A DNA stretch of 64,000 bases from Methanocaldococcus sp. 28A (lineage in GTDB: Archaea; AGJL01; Methanococci; Methanococcales; Methanocaldococcaceae): assembly GCA_049852185.1 (NCBI GenBank), contig CP187540.1. One strand, written 5' to 3'. The position numbers were made by a program, and so were the translations under genes. The notes under the pieces are model-generated. The model made no database searches. It saw only the letters and a list, made by a program, of their open reading frames with translations, and was not told the DNA's origin. Shown here one piece after another: positions 30,178 through 41,735 of this stretch (the stretch's first letter is position 1; each line of letters begins with the position of its first letter).

Positions 30178-30858
30178 ATGAGGGTTTATTTAAGATTTCA
30201 TTTAGATATACCAAAAGAAGTTTGTAAAAGCTTAGAGGTTGATAATTACATTAATGAAGATATTGAAATTAATTTAAAATGTGAGAAAAAGCCTATATTG
30301 TATGTTAAAACTCATTCTATAGGTTCTTTAAAATCAATATTGGATGATTTCTTTAGATGTTTAAATGCTGGAATGGAAGTTTATGGCATAACAAAATATT
30401 ATTTAATAAGGAATGTAACTAAGGATGATTTAAATAAATTTTTAGAATTATACTATAAAGCATATAGAGGTTTTGATAAATATTATTATAAAAAGAAGAA
30501 ATGGGCAAGATGGTATTTTAAATGGTTGATGAGGAGAGATGAAAATGGATTTTTTGTATATGAAATAGAAGGAAAGCCCATAGGTTTTGTAGCCTGTGAT
30601 TGCAATTGGATTAGTAATATAGAAAAAAGAGAAGTGGCTGAAATACATGAAATATTTGTTGACCCAGATTTTAGAGGAAAAGGAATTGGAACCGCTTTAA
30701 TAAACAAAGCTATTGAATATGCCAAGAAAAGAGGAAGAAATATTGTAGAGTTGTGGGTTGGGGTTGAGAATGAAAAGGCAATTGAATTTTATAAAAATTT
30801 GGGATTTGAGGAGAAAGAAGTAGTTAAAGAATGGTTAAGGATGGTAAAGAGGATTTAA
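30178..30858 (+). CDS. GNAT N-acetyltransferase with N-terminal Pcc1-like domain
   Basis: VDPDFRGKGIG, N..AIEFYKNLGF; N-terminal SLEVDN...GSLKSILDDFFRCL. Confidence 0.8.
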   Translation: MRVYLRFHLDIPKEVCKSLEVDNYINEDIEINLKCEKKPILYVKTHSIGSLKSILDDFFRCLNAGMEVYGITKYYLIRNVTKDDLNKFLELYYKAYRGFDKYYYKKKKWARWYFKWLMRRDENGFFVYEIEGKPIGFVACDCNWISNIEKREVAEIHEIFVDPDFRGKGIGTALINKAIEYAKKRGRNIVELWVGVENEKAIEFYKNLGFEEKEVVKEWLRMVKRI

Positions 30859-30961
30859 TTAATACTTTTTTAAATTTGTTGTTTTAATAAAGGATTAACT
30901 TTAAATATAAAAAATTTATCTTATCATTTTTACTGTTGATAATTAGGACTTGGTGATATAG

Positions 30962-32182
30962 ATGAGAAATATAATCGTAAAAAAATTAGATATTGAGCCA
31001 ATTGAGGAAAGACCTGTTGAAATTGTTGAAAGAAAGGGTCTAGGACATCCAGATTCAATTTGTGATGGTATAGCTGAGAGTGTTAGTAGGGCTTTATGTA
31101 AGATGTATATTGAAAAGTTTGGAACTATTTTGCATCACAACACAGACCAAGTTGAGCTTGTAGGAGGGCATGCCTATCCTAAATTTGGAGGAGGAGTAAT
31201 GGTAAGTCCTATTTATATTTTATTATCAGGAAGAGCTACTATGGAAATTTTAGATAAAGAGAAAAATGAAGTTATAAAGCTTCCAGTAGGAACAACAGCA
31301 ATCAAAGCAGCTAAGGAATATTTAAAGAAGGTTTTAAGAAATGTTGATATTGATAAAGATATAATTATTGACTGTAGAATTGGACAAGGTAGTATGGATT
31401 TAGTTGATGTCTTTGAAAGGCAAAAAAATGAAGTTCCTTTAGCTAACGATACATCATTTGGTGTTGGCTACGCTCCATTATCAACAACAGAAAGGTTAGT
31501 TTTAGAAACAGAGAGATTTTTAAATAGTTATGAATTGAAGAAAGAAATTCCAGCAGTAGGAGAGGATATAAAAGTTATGGGTTTAAGAGAAGGGAAGAAA
31601 ATTACTTTAACAATTGCTATGGCTGTTGTGGATAAGTATGTTAAAAATATTGAGGAATATAAAGAGGTTATTAAGAAAGTAAAAGAAAAAGTTGAAGAGT
31701 TAGCTAAAAAAATAGCTGATGGATATGAGGTTGAGATTAATATAAACACTGCAGATGACTACGAAAGAGAAAGTGTTTATTTAACAGTTACTGGAACCTC
31801 TGCAGAAATGGGAGATGATGGTTCTGTAGGTAGAGGGAATAGAGTTAATGGATTAATAACTCCATTTAGACCTATGAGTATGGAGGCTGCAAGTGGTAAA
31901 AACCCAGTAAATCATGTAGGTAAGATTTATAACATCTTAGCTAACTTAATAGCAAATGATATAGCTAAGTTGGAGGGAGTTAAGGAGTGTTATGTAAGAA
32001 TATTAAGTCAAATAGGTAAGCCAATAAATGAGCCAAAAGCATTAGATATAGAGATTATAACTGAAAATGGTTATGATATAAAGGATATTGAGCCAAAGGC
32101 AAAAGAAATTGCTGATAAATGGTTAGATAATATTATGGAAGTTCAAAAAATGATTGTTGAAGGTAAAGTAACTACATTCTAA
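30962..32182 (+). CDS. mat: S-adenosylmethionine synthetase (archaeal)
   Basis: [32 protein letters not shown]. Confidence 0.97.
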   Translation: MRNIIVKKLDIEPIEERPVEIVERKGLGHPDSICDGIAESVSRALCKMYIEKFGTILHHNTDQVELVGGHAYPKFGGGVMVSPIYILLSGRATMEILDKEKNEVIKLPVGTTAIKAAKEYLKKVLRNVDIDKDIIIDCRIGQGSMDLVDVFERQKNEVPLANDTSFGVGYAPLSTTERLVLETERFLNSYELKKEIPAVGEDIKVMGLREGKKITLTIAMAVVDKYVKNIEEYKEVIKKVKEKVEELAKKIADGYEVEININTADDYERESVYLTVTGTSAEMGDDGSVGRGNRVNGLITPFRPMSMEAASGKNPVNHVGKIYNILANLIANDIAKLEGVKECYVRILSQIGKPINEPKALDIEIITENGYDIKDIEPKAKEIADKWLDNIMEVQKMIVEGKVTTF

Positions 32183-32218
32183 ATATAAAATAATAAAAAT
32201 AATTTTTTAATTTTTATT

Positions 32219-32986
32219 TTATCCAATGTATCTTAAATCTTCTTCACTTGGTGGTTTTGCTTGAGCTGCTTTTAACATCTCTTCTTCAAACTTCTTAATC
32301 TTTTCAATAAACTGCTCCATACCCTTAGCTCTTTTCTCTAACTCTGTCATATCAACTTCTATATTTTCAAGTTTGCAGAACTTTTCTAAGACAGCTTTTG
32401 CAGCATTTGGGTCTATTAAATAGCCAGGAGTTTCTCCCATTAAGCAAATTCCAGGAATTCCATTTAAGTCTGCAAACATTAACATTAAGCCAGCAGCTCC
32501 AACAATTCCCCCACCATCAGTTCTGAATAAAATTCCATGTTCTTTAAGATTTTCAGCAAGCTCTTTTGATGTTGTAGCTCCATAAACTTTAATTTCTTCA
32601 CATAACTTTCCTACACCAAAACCTCCTAAAGTATAGACAAAGTTAGCTCCATACTCTATACCAATTTTAACAATCTCTTCAGCTAAGTGGTATTGACCAA
32701 TTGGAGATAAAGCTTGAGTATTTCCTAAAACAACAATCATTGGTTTTGGTTCTTTTATTGCATAAAATTCAGCACACATATACTCTATAGTTCCATCATC
32801 CTTGACTAAAACTTGTGGTGGAAAGTCATAGCAAAATAACTCTAAGAATTTCTCACCATTAAATTCATGAACTAAATGCTCAGCCGCTAACCTACCAACG
32901 TGTCCAATTCCTGGCAACCCTTCAATTAATAAAGCATCTTTTAGAGGTTCAATGTCTTTTATTTTCCTTGTAATGATTTTGACCAT
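32219..32986 (-). CDS. PAC2-family proteasome assembly chaperone-like protein
   Basis: GLPGIGHVG, GIVGAAG, GETPGY, C-terminal YIG. Confidence 0.85.
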   Translation of the reverse strand: MVKIITRKIKDIEPLKDALLIEGLPGIGHVGRLAAEHLVHEFNGEKFLELFCYDFPPQVLVKDDGTIEYMCAEFYAIKEPKPMIVVLGNTQALSPIGQYHLAEEIVKIGIEYGANFVYTLGGFGVGKLCEEIKVYGATTSKELAENLKEHGILFRTDGGGIVGAAGLMLMFADLNGIPGICLMGETPGYLIDPNAAKAVLEKFCKLENIEVDMTELEKRAKGMEQFIEKIKKFEEEMLKAAQAKPPSEEDLRYIG

Positions 32987-33014
32987 AAGTTATCACCTTT
33001 TATTTATTTAGTCT

Positions 33015-33674
33015 TTAGAGTTTTTTATATGTTTTTGCAAATTTCCTTATAAATGTTATTTCGTCAATTCCAATATTTAGTTTTTCTCTTATGATTTTCG
33101 CAATCTTTCCCTCTCCAAATAATAAAGCTACAGCTCCAGTGAAATTTTTTGTAGTTCTTTTTTCCTTAGCTTTATCAAAGTCAATGATGTAGGTTTTTTT
33201 ATCAGTTACTAAAAAATGCCTCCCTCCTTGTATTTCTTTATGTTCAATTCCAAGCATATCAAGTTTTAATGTTATTTTTAAAATATCTTCAACTACTTTT
33301 AATAATCTATCATTATCTAATTTATTGACGGCTGATTTCAACTCCTCCCCATCTATAAACTCCATAATTAGATAATCATTATCAAACTCATAAACCTTTG
33401 GGGCTATATTGTATTTTTGTAGGAGCTTTAAAAATCTTGCTTCATTTAATATGGTGTTTTTTGGACTGTCTGTTCTTGGAATTTTTATAGCTACTTCTTT
33501 ATTGTTATAAATTCCTTTCAATACAACACCTCTATGCCCTTTTCCTAAAACATCTATAATTTTAACTCCTTTATTTTCTAACTTATTTATTACATATTTA
33601 TTTAAAATATTTTCTGGTACTTTTTTAAGAATTTCTTTTTTAATTGGTATCCCCTCCAATATAGAGACTGTCAA
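33015..33674 (-). CDS. Ser/Thr kinase-like protein (Bud32/RIO-like); true start probably near 33658
   Basis: GKGHRGVV, VAIK, IIDFDKA; annotated start lies inside the IS TIR. Confidence 0.78.
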   Translation of the reverse strand: MTVSILEGIPIKKEILKKVPENILNKYVINKLENKGVKIIDVLGKGHRGVVLKGIYNNKEVAIKIPRTDSPKNTILNEARFLKLLQKYNIAPKVYEFDNDYLIMEFIDGEELKSAVNKLDNDRLLKVVEDILKITLKLDMLGIEHKEIQGGRHFLVTDKKTYIIDFDKAKEKRTTKNFTGAVALLFGEGKIAKIIREKLNIGIDEITFIRKFAKTYKKL

Positions 33675-34095
33675 GATATGGATTAAATAAAAATGTGCAA
33701 ATGATAAAAAAACTAAATCTTGGAAATGAAATTATGTATGGTTTGCTATCGATGTGATATCTAAAGAATGTTTAGGTATCTATTTCTATAAAGCTATATA
33801 CTATCTCGATACTATCTTATTCGTAAGAAGTTTGTAAAAAATATATTATTAAAATTTTGCTAAAATAAACCAAAGATTTTAGTTGATAGTGGTAAATGGA
33901 CACTGCAAAGATTAAGACTAAAATTTGAAAGAGTTCGATTTGGATTAAGAAACTGTGCAGAAATTTTCTCTCTACACAAACGAAGAACCTAATCTTCATA
34001 TAACTAATTCCCTAATAACAATAAATTCTCAATCGTCATTAGCTGGCTTAAATCTTTCCCTGCCCTATATAATTGGTTCCTATCCATATCTTGAC
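33670..34095 (+). mobile_element. Internally deleted, decayed IS6-family element
   Basis: 14-bp perfect TIR gtcaagatatggat; internal sequence aligns to the reverse complement of 54842-55230. Confidence 0.85.
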
Positions 34096-34166
34096 GACTT
34101 ACATCATCAATAATAAAAATAATAAAAAATAAAGATTTAAATAAATGTAATGCCTAAAATATTATT

Positions 34167-34229
34167 ATGGCAGATGATGACGTTTATCCCCGTCTGAGTT
34201 GTGATGAGTAGCAAGCCGGCTGATGCCAT
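34167..34229 (+). ncRNA. Box C/D methylation-guide sRNA
   Basis: C ATGATGA 34174, D' CTGA 34194, C' GTGATGA 34201, D CTGA 34220; 13- and 12-nt guides; atggca/tgccat terminal stem; T-tract follows. Confidence 0.93.
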
Positions 34230-34266
34230 TTTTCTTTTTTAGAGAGTCTGGCTGTATATCTTAACA

Positions 34267-34831
34267 TACAGTATCTACGAATATGCATTAAACATACACA
34301 ACGGAGTATTACGCATAACCATGATTGAATATTCGAACTCCTCTAACAACTTTAGACTTATACAAACCAGTACTGCCTCTCTCTTTATTTGTGAGTTAAT
34401 TCTAAAAATTATTACCCTAATAACCCTCAAAATGCGTATCTATCGATAGGCAAAAATTTCCATTGCTTTTTTTTAAATTGAATACGATTTTTAACGAAAG
34501 ATTTATAAACTTCTTTAAACATAGTATCGTTTGCCTTATTTATATATCGATAGTAAGAGTCTGCCGATGGATAATTTAGCTTGCTAATGTTCTCTAAATA
34601 TATATTATTCGACATCGCCTCTATAAATCCTCTTGTATAATCTTCAACTCGATAAATCCTTGGACAAATTTGAAGAACATTGCTTATGAATTCGTTAAAT
34701 TCATTAAATGATTTTATAGCCAACAATCTTATGTCGTTCATTGTTCTACCTCCTCCTATTTTTTTAATAGCTATTCGATATTATGAAATATTAACTTTTC
34801 TGTTTATTTTATGATGTTCGGAGATACTGTA
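34267..34831 (-). mobile_element. Internally deleted ISH3/IS701-like element
   Basis: 18-bp TIR tacagtatctacgaatat / atgttcggagatactgta (2 mismatches); ORF 34427-34741 resembles a transposase N-terminus ending at first-Asp strand (LPID). Confidence 0.65.
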
Positions 34832-34853
34832 ATAAAATTATAGTGGGACTAAA

Positions 34854-35813
34854 ATGGATGAAGTAAAATTAATTGAAATTATCAAAAAAACTCTAAAGTT
34901 TTCTAATGAATATATAATAAAAGGCATTGATGATGACTGTGCAGTTATAAAACTTAATGACAATTTTTATTTAGTTGCTACGACAGATATGATGGTTAAA
35001 AAGGCACATATTCCTTCTATATTAACTCCTTACGAAATTGGAGGAAGAATTTTAACTGCAAATGTTTCAGATATTGCATCCATGGGAGCTAAGCCATTGG
35101 CATTTCTATTATCTATATCTTTATCTAAGGAAGAAGCAAATGAGAAGTTTATTAAAAATTTATATAAAGGATTAGATGATTTTTCTAAGCTTTATGACTG
35201 TCCAGTAGTTGGTGGAGATACAAATAGAGGAGATGAATTAATATTATCAGGAACAGCCTTTGGAATAACAGACAATCCAATTTATAGAAATGGAGAAGTT
35301 GGAGATGATATTTGTGTAACTAATGATTTAGGTAGGGTTTATTGTGCTTTAACTCTATATTATATGCTCAAAGATAACAAAATTAGCCATAGTGAGTTTG
35401 AAAAACTTTGCCAAAAATATCCAAAGATTATTGAAAAATTGAGAAAACCTATTGCAAGGGTTAATGAAGGGTTATTAATGAATAAACTCATAAATGGTTG
35501 CTGCGATATATCTGATGGTTTAGGAAAAGAAATTACTTATTTCAAAAATTTTGAGATATACAGTGATAAAATTTTTAAGGTTATTCCAAAAGATGTCATT
35601 GAATTTTGTGAAGAATTCAACCTAAATCCAATAAAAGTTGCTCTAAATAGTGGAGAGGAATTTGAGCTTTTATTTACAACATCTAAATTCAATAAAGTGA
35701 AAAATTCACTAAAAGGTTATTCAAAGATTTATAAAATTGGTAAAATTATAGAAGAAGGACAGTTTATTGATGGAGAGGAATTTTATGGAGGAGGATACAT
35801 TCACAAATGGTAA
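34854..35813 (+). CDS. thiL: Thiamine-monophosphate kinase
   Basis: GIDDDCA, NVSDIASMGAKP, GGDT, DISDGL, GEEFEL. Confidence 0.95.
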   Translation: MDEVKLIEIIKKTLKFSNEYIIKGIDDDCAVIKLNDNFYLVATTDMMVKKAHIPSILTPYEIGGRILTANVSDIASMGAKPLAFLLSISLSKEEANEKFIKNLYKGLDDFSKLYDCPVVGGDTNRGDELILSGTAFGITDNPIYRNGEVGDDICVTNDLGRVYCALTLYYMLKDNKISHSEFEKLCQKYPKIIEKLRKPIARVNEGLLMNKLINGCCDISDGLGKEITYFKNFEIYSDKIFKVIPKDVIEFCEEFNLNPIKVALNSGEEFELLFTTSKFNKVKNSLKGYSKIYKIGKIIEEGQFIDGEEFYGGGYIHKW

Positions 35814-36285
35814 ATTAACAAAAAAAGAGAAAATCTTATTTTTGATAAAATTTTATATTATATTTTTAGTGATGTTTTTTATTTTGAATTATTTTGGAGA
35901 ATATTTAGTAGGAATAGTTACTTATCTAAGTTACACATTTACAAAAATAATAATTCCAAATGCGAGATTGATGAATAATTTTATATATTTACCAAACAAC
36001 ACTGTTGAAATAGTTAAAGAATGCACTGGAAGTTTTTTAATCGCTGGATTTTTAGCTCTAATTATTGTTTATTCTAAATGTATTAAAGAGTTTTTAATTG
36101 GATTATTTTTTGTATTGTTGGCATTTTTTGTAAATATTTTTAGGATAGTGTTGGTTTGTTATTTAGTAAATATGCATCCGAAAAATCCTTGGTTATATCA
36201 TGAAATTGCAGGATATGGGATTATATTAACGTTTGTTCCAATATTAGTTTTTGGTTATTTAAAAATTATTGAAAGAAAGATTTAG
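35767..36285 (+). CDS. Archaeosortase-family protein (ArtE-like)
   Basis: ECTG, NIFRI and YH catalytic-triad pattern in a membrane protein. Confidence 0.75.
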   Translation: MMERNFMEEDTFTNGKLTKKEKILFLIKFYIIFLVMFFILNYFGEYLVGIVTYLSYTFTKIIIPNARLMNNFIYLPNNTVEIVKECTGSFLIAGFLALIIVYSKCIKEFLIGLFFVLLAFFVNIFRIVLVCYLVNMHPKNPWLYHEIAGYGIILTFVPILVFGYLKIIERKI

Positions 36286-37097
<812 letters not shown>

Positions 37098-37361
37098 AGA
37101 AAGTTGATGCAATGATAATTAACTATATTATAATTAAATGCTCATTAGTTTTTTGGGTTTTTTGGTTTTCTTGGAGCAACCATAATTTCACCCCCGTAGG
37201 TTCTAATATACAATGAATTTGTGGGGTATATAAAGAAATATTCAAAAAATTCAACGTCCCTTTTTGAAGTTTATTTTAAAAAGGAGTTTGCATATAAATA
37301 ATATATAACAAAAGATAAGAACATATAAATAAAGTAATGTGTGGAAATTTATAATACTATA

Positions 37362-37432
37362 TGAATGCCTTCCTTAAAGAAGGCATTCACTAATTCCTTA
37401 TTTTATTTAAGATAGTTTTGCACACAACTATA
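37362..37432 (-). mobile_element. MITE family B, partial inverted copy
   Basis: Near-exact reverse complement of 29690-29760. Confidence 0.85.
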
Positions 37433-37466
37433 TTCTCAATTTGCAGATAATCTCTTTAAAAAAAGT

Positions 37467-37883
37467 GTGAGTAGAATGCCAAAAAAAGTCCATGATAAAT
37501 TGAAAATAATGGAAGATATCATAACTCTTGGTAAAAAAGGAGAAGAACTAACGATATATAACATCACAAAGAAACTCAATCAAAATATTAAAAACCTAAA
37601 ATGGACTGATATGGAAAAGCATTATATCAAAGAACAAACTATAAGTGATGCAATAAACGAACTAAAAAAATTGAATTGTTTAGAGATTAAGTCCATTGAA
37701 AAAACAAAAACAGGGAAAGAAAAAAAGATTTATAAACTAACAGAAAATTCTGAAAAGATTTTTGATATTTACAAAAGAAATTATTCAAAAATACATAAAA
37801 TTTTAAAAATTATGAAGTCTGATAATATTTCTGATGAAGAATTAGACACTATTATTTTTATATTAAAAAGATTGTTAAGGTGA
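37467..37883 (+). CDS. Putative winged-helix transcriptional regulator
   Basis: [10 protein letters not shown]...[11 protein letters not shown]...[11 protein letters not shown] wing pattern. Confidence 0.6.
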   Translation: MSRMPKKVHDKLKIMEDIITLGKKGEELTIYNITKKLNQNIKNLKWTDMEKHYIKEQTISDAINELKKLNCLEIKSIEKTKTGKEKKIYKLTENSEKIFDIYKRNYSKIHKILKIMKSDNISDEELDTIIFILKRLLR

Positions 37884-37887
37884 TGTT

Positions 37888-38910
37888 TTGAGTAATGATG
37901 TAATTGTTATTAATGGAAGTTATTTAGAAGGAGGAGGGCAAATAATTAGGACTTCTATTGCATTATCCGCTTTAACAAAAAAACCAGTAAAAATTATTAA
38001 CATAAGGAAAAAAAGAAAAAATAAAGGTTTAGCTCCTCAACATGTAGCGGCAGTTAAGGCAGTTAAAAAACTATGTAATGCTAAAGTTTATGGATTACAT
38101 GTAGGTTCAGAAGAATTAACTTTTATACCTTCAAAATTAGGTCCAAAAGATTTTGAAATTAATATAGGAACTGCTGGAAGTATATCTTTAATTATTCAAA
38201 CTCTTCTTCCTTTATCATTAGGAATTAACAAAAAATTTACAGTTAAAATAAAAGGAGGTACTGACGTTAAGAGAGCTCCTCCAATTGATTATGTAAAAAA
38301 TGTAACCTTAAAAATTCTTAGAGATTTTGGAGTATTGACAGAGTTAAAAGTTTTGAAGAGAGGATTTTATCCAGAAGGTGGGGGAGAGGTTATTTTTGAG
38401 GTTAAACCATCAAAAGTTAAAAAATTTGATTTAATAGAGCATTCTAAAAGTAACTTAGTTGAAGGAGTAGCTTATGTGCAAAATTTAGATGAAAATATAG
38501 CAAGAAGAATGAGAAAAAAGGCTGTAGATTTGTTAAACAAAGAAAAACTTAATTCCAATATAAAAATAGAATGTTCTAAAGGTTTTTCTACTGGAGCAGG
38601 GATGGTTTTATGGAACGATACTTTAGGAAGTAGTTGCTTAGGAGAGAAAGGTTTAAGGGCTGAGATTGTTGCTGAAAGAGCAGTTAATGAGTTATTAAAA
38701 GAGAGAGAAAGTGGAATGGCGTTAGATAAATATATGGGAGACCAAATAATTCCATTCTTAGCTTTTGGTAAAGGAATTGTTGGAGTTTCTATCATAACAA
38801 ATCACACAAAAACAAATATGTGGGTTGTTAAGCATTTTTTAGATGTAGATTTTGAGATTAAAGAGTATAAAGAAAATAACTGTAGTGGATTTGTTATAGA
38901 GGTGGTTTAA
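37888..38910 (+). CDS. rtcA: RNA 3'-terminal phosphate cyclase
   Basis: [33 protein letters not shown]. Confidence 0.95.
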   Translation: MSNDVIVINGSYLEGGGQIIRTSIALSALTKKPVKIINIRKKRKNKGLAPQHVAAVKAVKKLCNAKVYGLHVGSEELTFIPSKLGPKDFEINIGTAGSISLIIQTLLPLSLGINKKFTVKIKGGTDVKRAPPIDYVKNVTLKILRDFGVLTELKVLKRGFYPEGGGEVIFEVKPSKVKKFDLIEHSKSNLVEGVAYVQNLDENIARRMRKKAVDLLNKEKLNSNIKIECSKGFSTGAGMVLWNDTLGSSCLGEKGLRAEIVAERAVNELLKERESGMALDKYMGDQIIPFLAFGKGIVGVSIITNHTKTNMWVVKHFLDVDFEIKEYKENNCSGFVIEVV

Positions 38911-39327
38911 ATGTTTGATTATTTTGAAACTACTGCTGATTTGGGAGTAATTGCAAAAGGAAAAACTTTAGAAGAAGCTTTTAAAGAAGGAGCTAAAGGA
39001 CTTTATAATATTATGGTAGATATTGATAAAATTGATAAAAAAGAAAAAATTGAATTTGAATTAACAGGAGAAGATTTAGAAGAGCTATTATATAATTTTC
39101 TAAATGAATTACTTTTTTATACTGATGTTGAAGGCTTAGTTTTTAATGACTTTGATATAAAAATTGAAAAAAATGATAAATATAGATTAAAATGCACCGC
39201 CTATGGAGAAAAGATAAATAAAGAAAAACACAATATAAAAGAAGAAGTTAAAGCAGTAACCTACCACAAAATGGAAATTAAACAGGAGGATGATGGATGG
39301 AACATTAGATTTATAGTAGATTTATAA
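38911..39327 (+). CDS. Archease
   Basis: [14 protein letters not shown]-terminal VDL. Confidence 0.92.
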   Translation: MFDYFETTADLGVIAKGKTLEEAFKEGAKGLYNIMVDIDKIDKKEKIEFELTGEDLEELLYNFLNELLFYTDVEGLVFNDFDIKIEKNDKYRLKCTAYGEKINKEKHNIKEEVKAVTYHKMEIKQEDDGWNIRFIVDL

Positions 39328-39348
39328 ATTAACAATAAAAAATATTAA

Positions 39349-40425
39349 CTATTTAAATTCCCCTAAGATATTTCCTTTCATATCTATAATTATACAACTA
39401 AATTTAATTCCATCCCATCTTTCACTTAACCTTTCAACAACTCTTTTAGCAATAGTATCAAAAACATCTTTTAAAACACCTTTTTCATTTAAAATTTTAA
39501 TAACCTCCTCTGTTGTATTTGCATATAAAATTTTTTTTATTGCCTCTTTGTCATCAATAAATAGAGATGAATAAGCAGCTAATATCTCATTTCTACAATC
39601 AGCTACCTTTGAATGAGTATTATATATTCCTCCAGCCAATTTAATTATTTTTCCTGCATGTCCAAAAATTAAAATCTCTTCAACTCCTTTCTCTTTAGCT
39701 TTATCAAGCATAAATCCCCAAAAGTTTGAAACTTCAATAATCTCATCATCATTAGCATTTAAAAGTAGTTTGGCATACTTAGTTCCAATATTTCCAGGAA
39801 CAAAAATTAACCTCTTATAACCATTAGCTAAAGCAACATCTATTTGTGGTGCTAAAGAGTTCATATATGCTTCATTTGACATTGGTCTAACAATTCCAGT
39901 AGTTCCTAATATAGATAAACCACCAATTATTCCAAGTTTTGGATTTAGTGTTTTTTTCGCCAACTCTTTACCTTTTGGTATTGAAATGGTAACTTCTACA
40001 ACTTCATCATCACTTAACAATTTTAAAAGGTTGTTTCTAATCATTTCTCTTGGTTTTGGATTTATAGCTGGCTCTCCTTTTTTTATTTGCAAACCATCTT
40101 TTGTAACTATCCCAACACCTTCTCCTCCTTTGATAATAACATCCTTTTTTCCTTTTTTTAACTCCACTTCAGTAATAATTTCAATTCCGTTGGTTATGTC
40201 TATGTCTTCTCCAGCATCTTTAATAACTACTGCCTTAGCTTTATTTTCACATTTTTCAATTTTTTCTATTGGAATAATTAATTTATCACCATTTAAATTC
40301 TCAATCTCAACATAACTAAGTTTTTTTCCAAATTTTAAATAGTATAATGCAGAATAAGCCCCAGCAGCAGCACAAGAGCCAGTAGTGTAGCCAAATTTTG
40401 ATTTTTTCCTGAAATCATAAATCAT
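39349..40425 (-). CDS. cbiD: Cobalt-precorrin-5B C1-methyltransferase
   Basis: GYTTGSCAAA, KDAGEDIDIT, GGLSILGTTG. Confidence 0.96.
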   Translation of the reverse strand: MIYDFRKKSKFGYTTGSCAAAGAYSALYYLKFGKKLSYVEIENLNGDKLIIPIEKIEKCENKAKAVVIKDAGEDIDITNGIEIITEVELKKGKKDVIIKGGEGVGIVTKDGLQIKKGEPAINPKPREMIRNNLLKLLSDDEVVEVTISIPKGKELAKKTLNPKLGIIGGLSILGTTGIVRPMSNEAYMNSLAPQIDVALANGYKRLIFVPGNIGTKYAKLLLNANDDEIIEVSNFWGFMLDKAKEKGVEEILIFGHAGKIIKLAGGIYNTHSKVADCRNEILAAYSSLFIDDKEAIKKILYANTTEEVIKILNEKGVLKDVFDTIAKRVVERLSERWDGIKFSCIIIDMKGNILGEFK

Positions 40426-40445
40426 AATCTCCCATTATTCCAAAT

Positions 40446-40531
40446 TATAATTTTGTGCAAAACTATCTTAAATAAATTTAATGTTTATTTCATTATGCAT
40501 AAAACTATATTATAAAACTGCGAAAGTCTTA
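40446..40531. mobile_element. Deleted MITE family B copy (40446-40509) plus family A half-TIR
   Basis: tataattttgtgcaaaactatcttaaataaa...tgcataaaactata, then aaactgcgaaagtctta. Confidence 0.65.
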
Positions 40532-40535
40532 TTAA

Positions 40536-41669
40536 CTATCTTCTTCTCCTTCTTCTAAACTTTAATTTTTTCGTTATTAATGGGATTCTTTCTACTTCTA
40601 AAGCATCAGCAGTTGGATAAACCTCTGAGATATAGGCAGAAAATGTTATGGGAAATCTCTGCCTTTTCATCTCCTCAATAATATCTTCCAATATAAATGG
40701 ATTTAAATATATATTTTTATCAATAATTTCAAACTCAATCTCGTTCTCTTCCAAAATCTCAGCTATTTCTTTTAAATCATCCTCATTGTCAAAAATCATA
40801 ATACCTCTCAACAACAATCCATCTTTTGTTATAACCTCATAAGGTTTAGCAACATTCTTAGCTCTATTTATTAACCTATTTTTCATTTGTATAGCATCTT
40901 TTAAAACTGATGGGCAGTAGTTAATGAATAAATCCCCATTAAATTCTTTTAAAACTTTTAAAGCTGTTTCTTCACTTCCAGCAATTGCATTGCTTACATC
41001 ATCCTTCGGCATAAAGCCTCTTTTTTCCAATTCATAATAGTTCTCTTCAGAGAATTCAAGCTCATTGATGTTCATAAATTTGGCTATTCCATCAATTGCC
41101 TCAGCCAATTTTAATATATCATTTTCCATATTTGGGATTGCTGGAATTTCAACTCCAACATCTTCAATATACTTATTGCATAAGCTCAATTTTTCACATA
41201 AAAGCTTTATATATTCTTCATCATATCCTTCATTGAATATCTTTGTTGGATGCAACCTTATTTCATCCAGACCTGCTTCTTTTAAAAGTTTTAGGTTCTC
41301 TTCATTTACTGTTTCTGGAGTTGTATAGAGATGAGCATGAAATTCATCAAACTCTTTTTTTAATGCCTTTAAGAATTTTACAGTTCTATTTATTTTTAAT
41401 AAAGGATTTCCTCCTGTTATCCCAACCCCTCTACTACTGCATACCTTAGCTTCTTCTATAGCCTCTTCAACGGTGGTTATTAATCTTTCATTCGCATAAA
41501 TTACATCTTTATTTTTTCTCTTTTCAGATAAAGGGCAATAATAGCAATTATTATTACAAATTCCTGTAATAAATAAAACTAATTTTTCTCCTCTAACACA
41601 TTGCTGACATCCTTTAGGTAGTTTTTTATAATTTTTTTCTAAATATTTTTCAATATCTTCCACATCCAT
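40536..41669 (-). CDS. Radical SAM protein (MJ0021-like)
   Basis: CNNNCYYC, GITGG. Confidence 0.88.
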   Translation of the reverse strand: MDVEDIEKYLEKNYKKLPKGCQQCVRGEKLVLFITGICNNNCYYCPLSEKRKNKDVIYANERLITTVEEAIEEAKVCSSRGVGITGGNPLLKINRTVKFLKALKKEFDEFHAHLYTTPETVNEENLKLLKEAGLDEIRLHPTKIFNEGYDEEYIKLLCEKLSLCNKYIEDVGVEIPAIPNMENDILKLAEAIDGIAKFMNINELEFSEENYYELEKRGFMPKDDVSNAIAGSEETALKVLKEFNGDLFINYCPSVLKDAIQMKNRLINRAKNVAKPYEVITKDGLLLRGIMIFDNEDDLKEIAEILEENEIEFEIIDKNIYLNPFILEDIIEEMKRQRFPITFSAYISEVYPTADALEVERIPLITKKLKFRRRRRR

Positions 41670-41735
41670 GATTTCACCTAACAAAATATGAAGATGATTA
41701 ATGGATAATATACGACTTTTATATTTTGAAATTTT

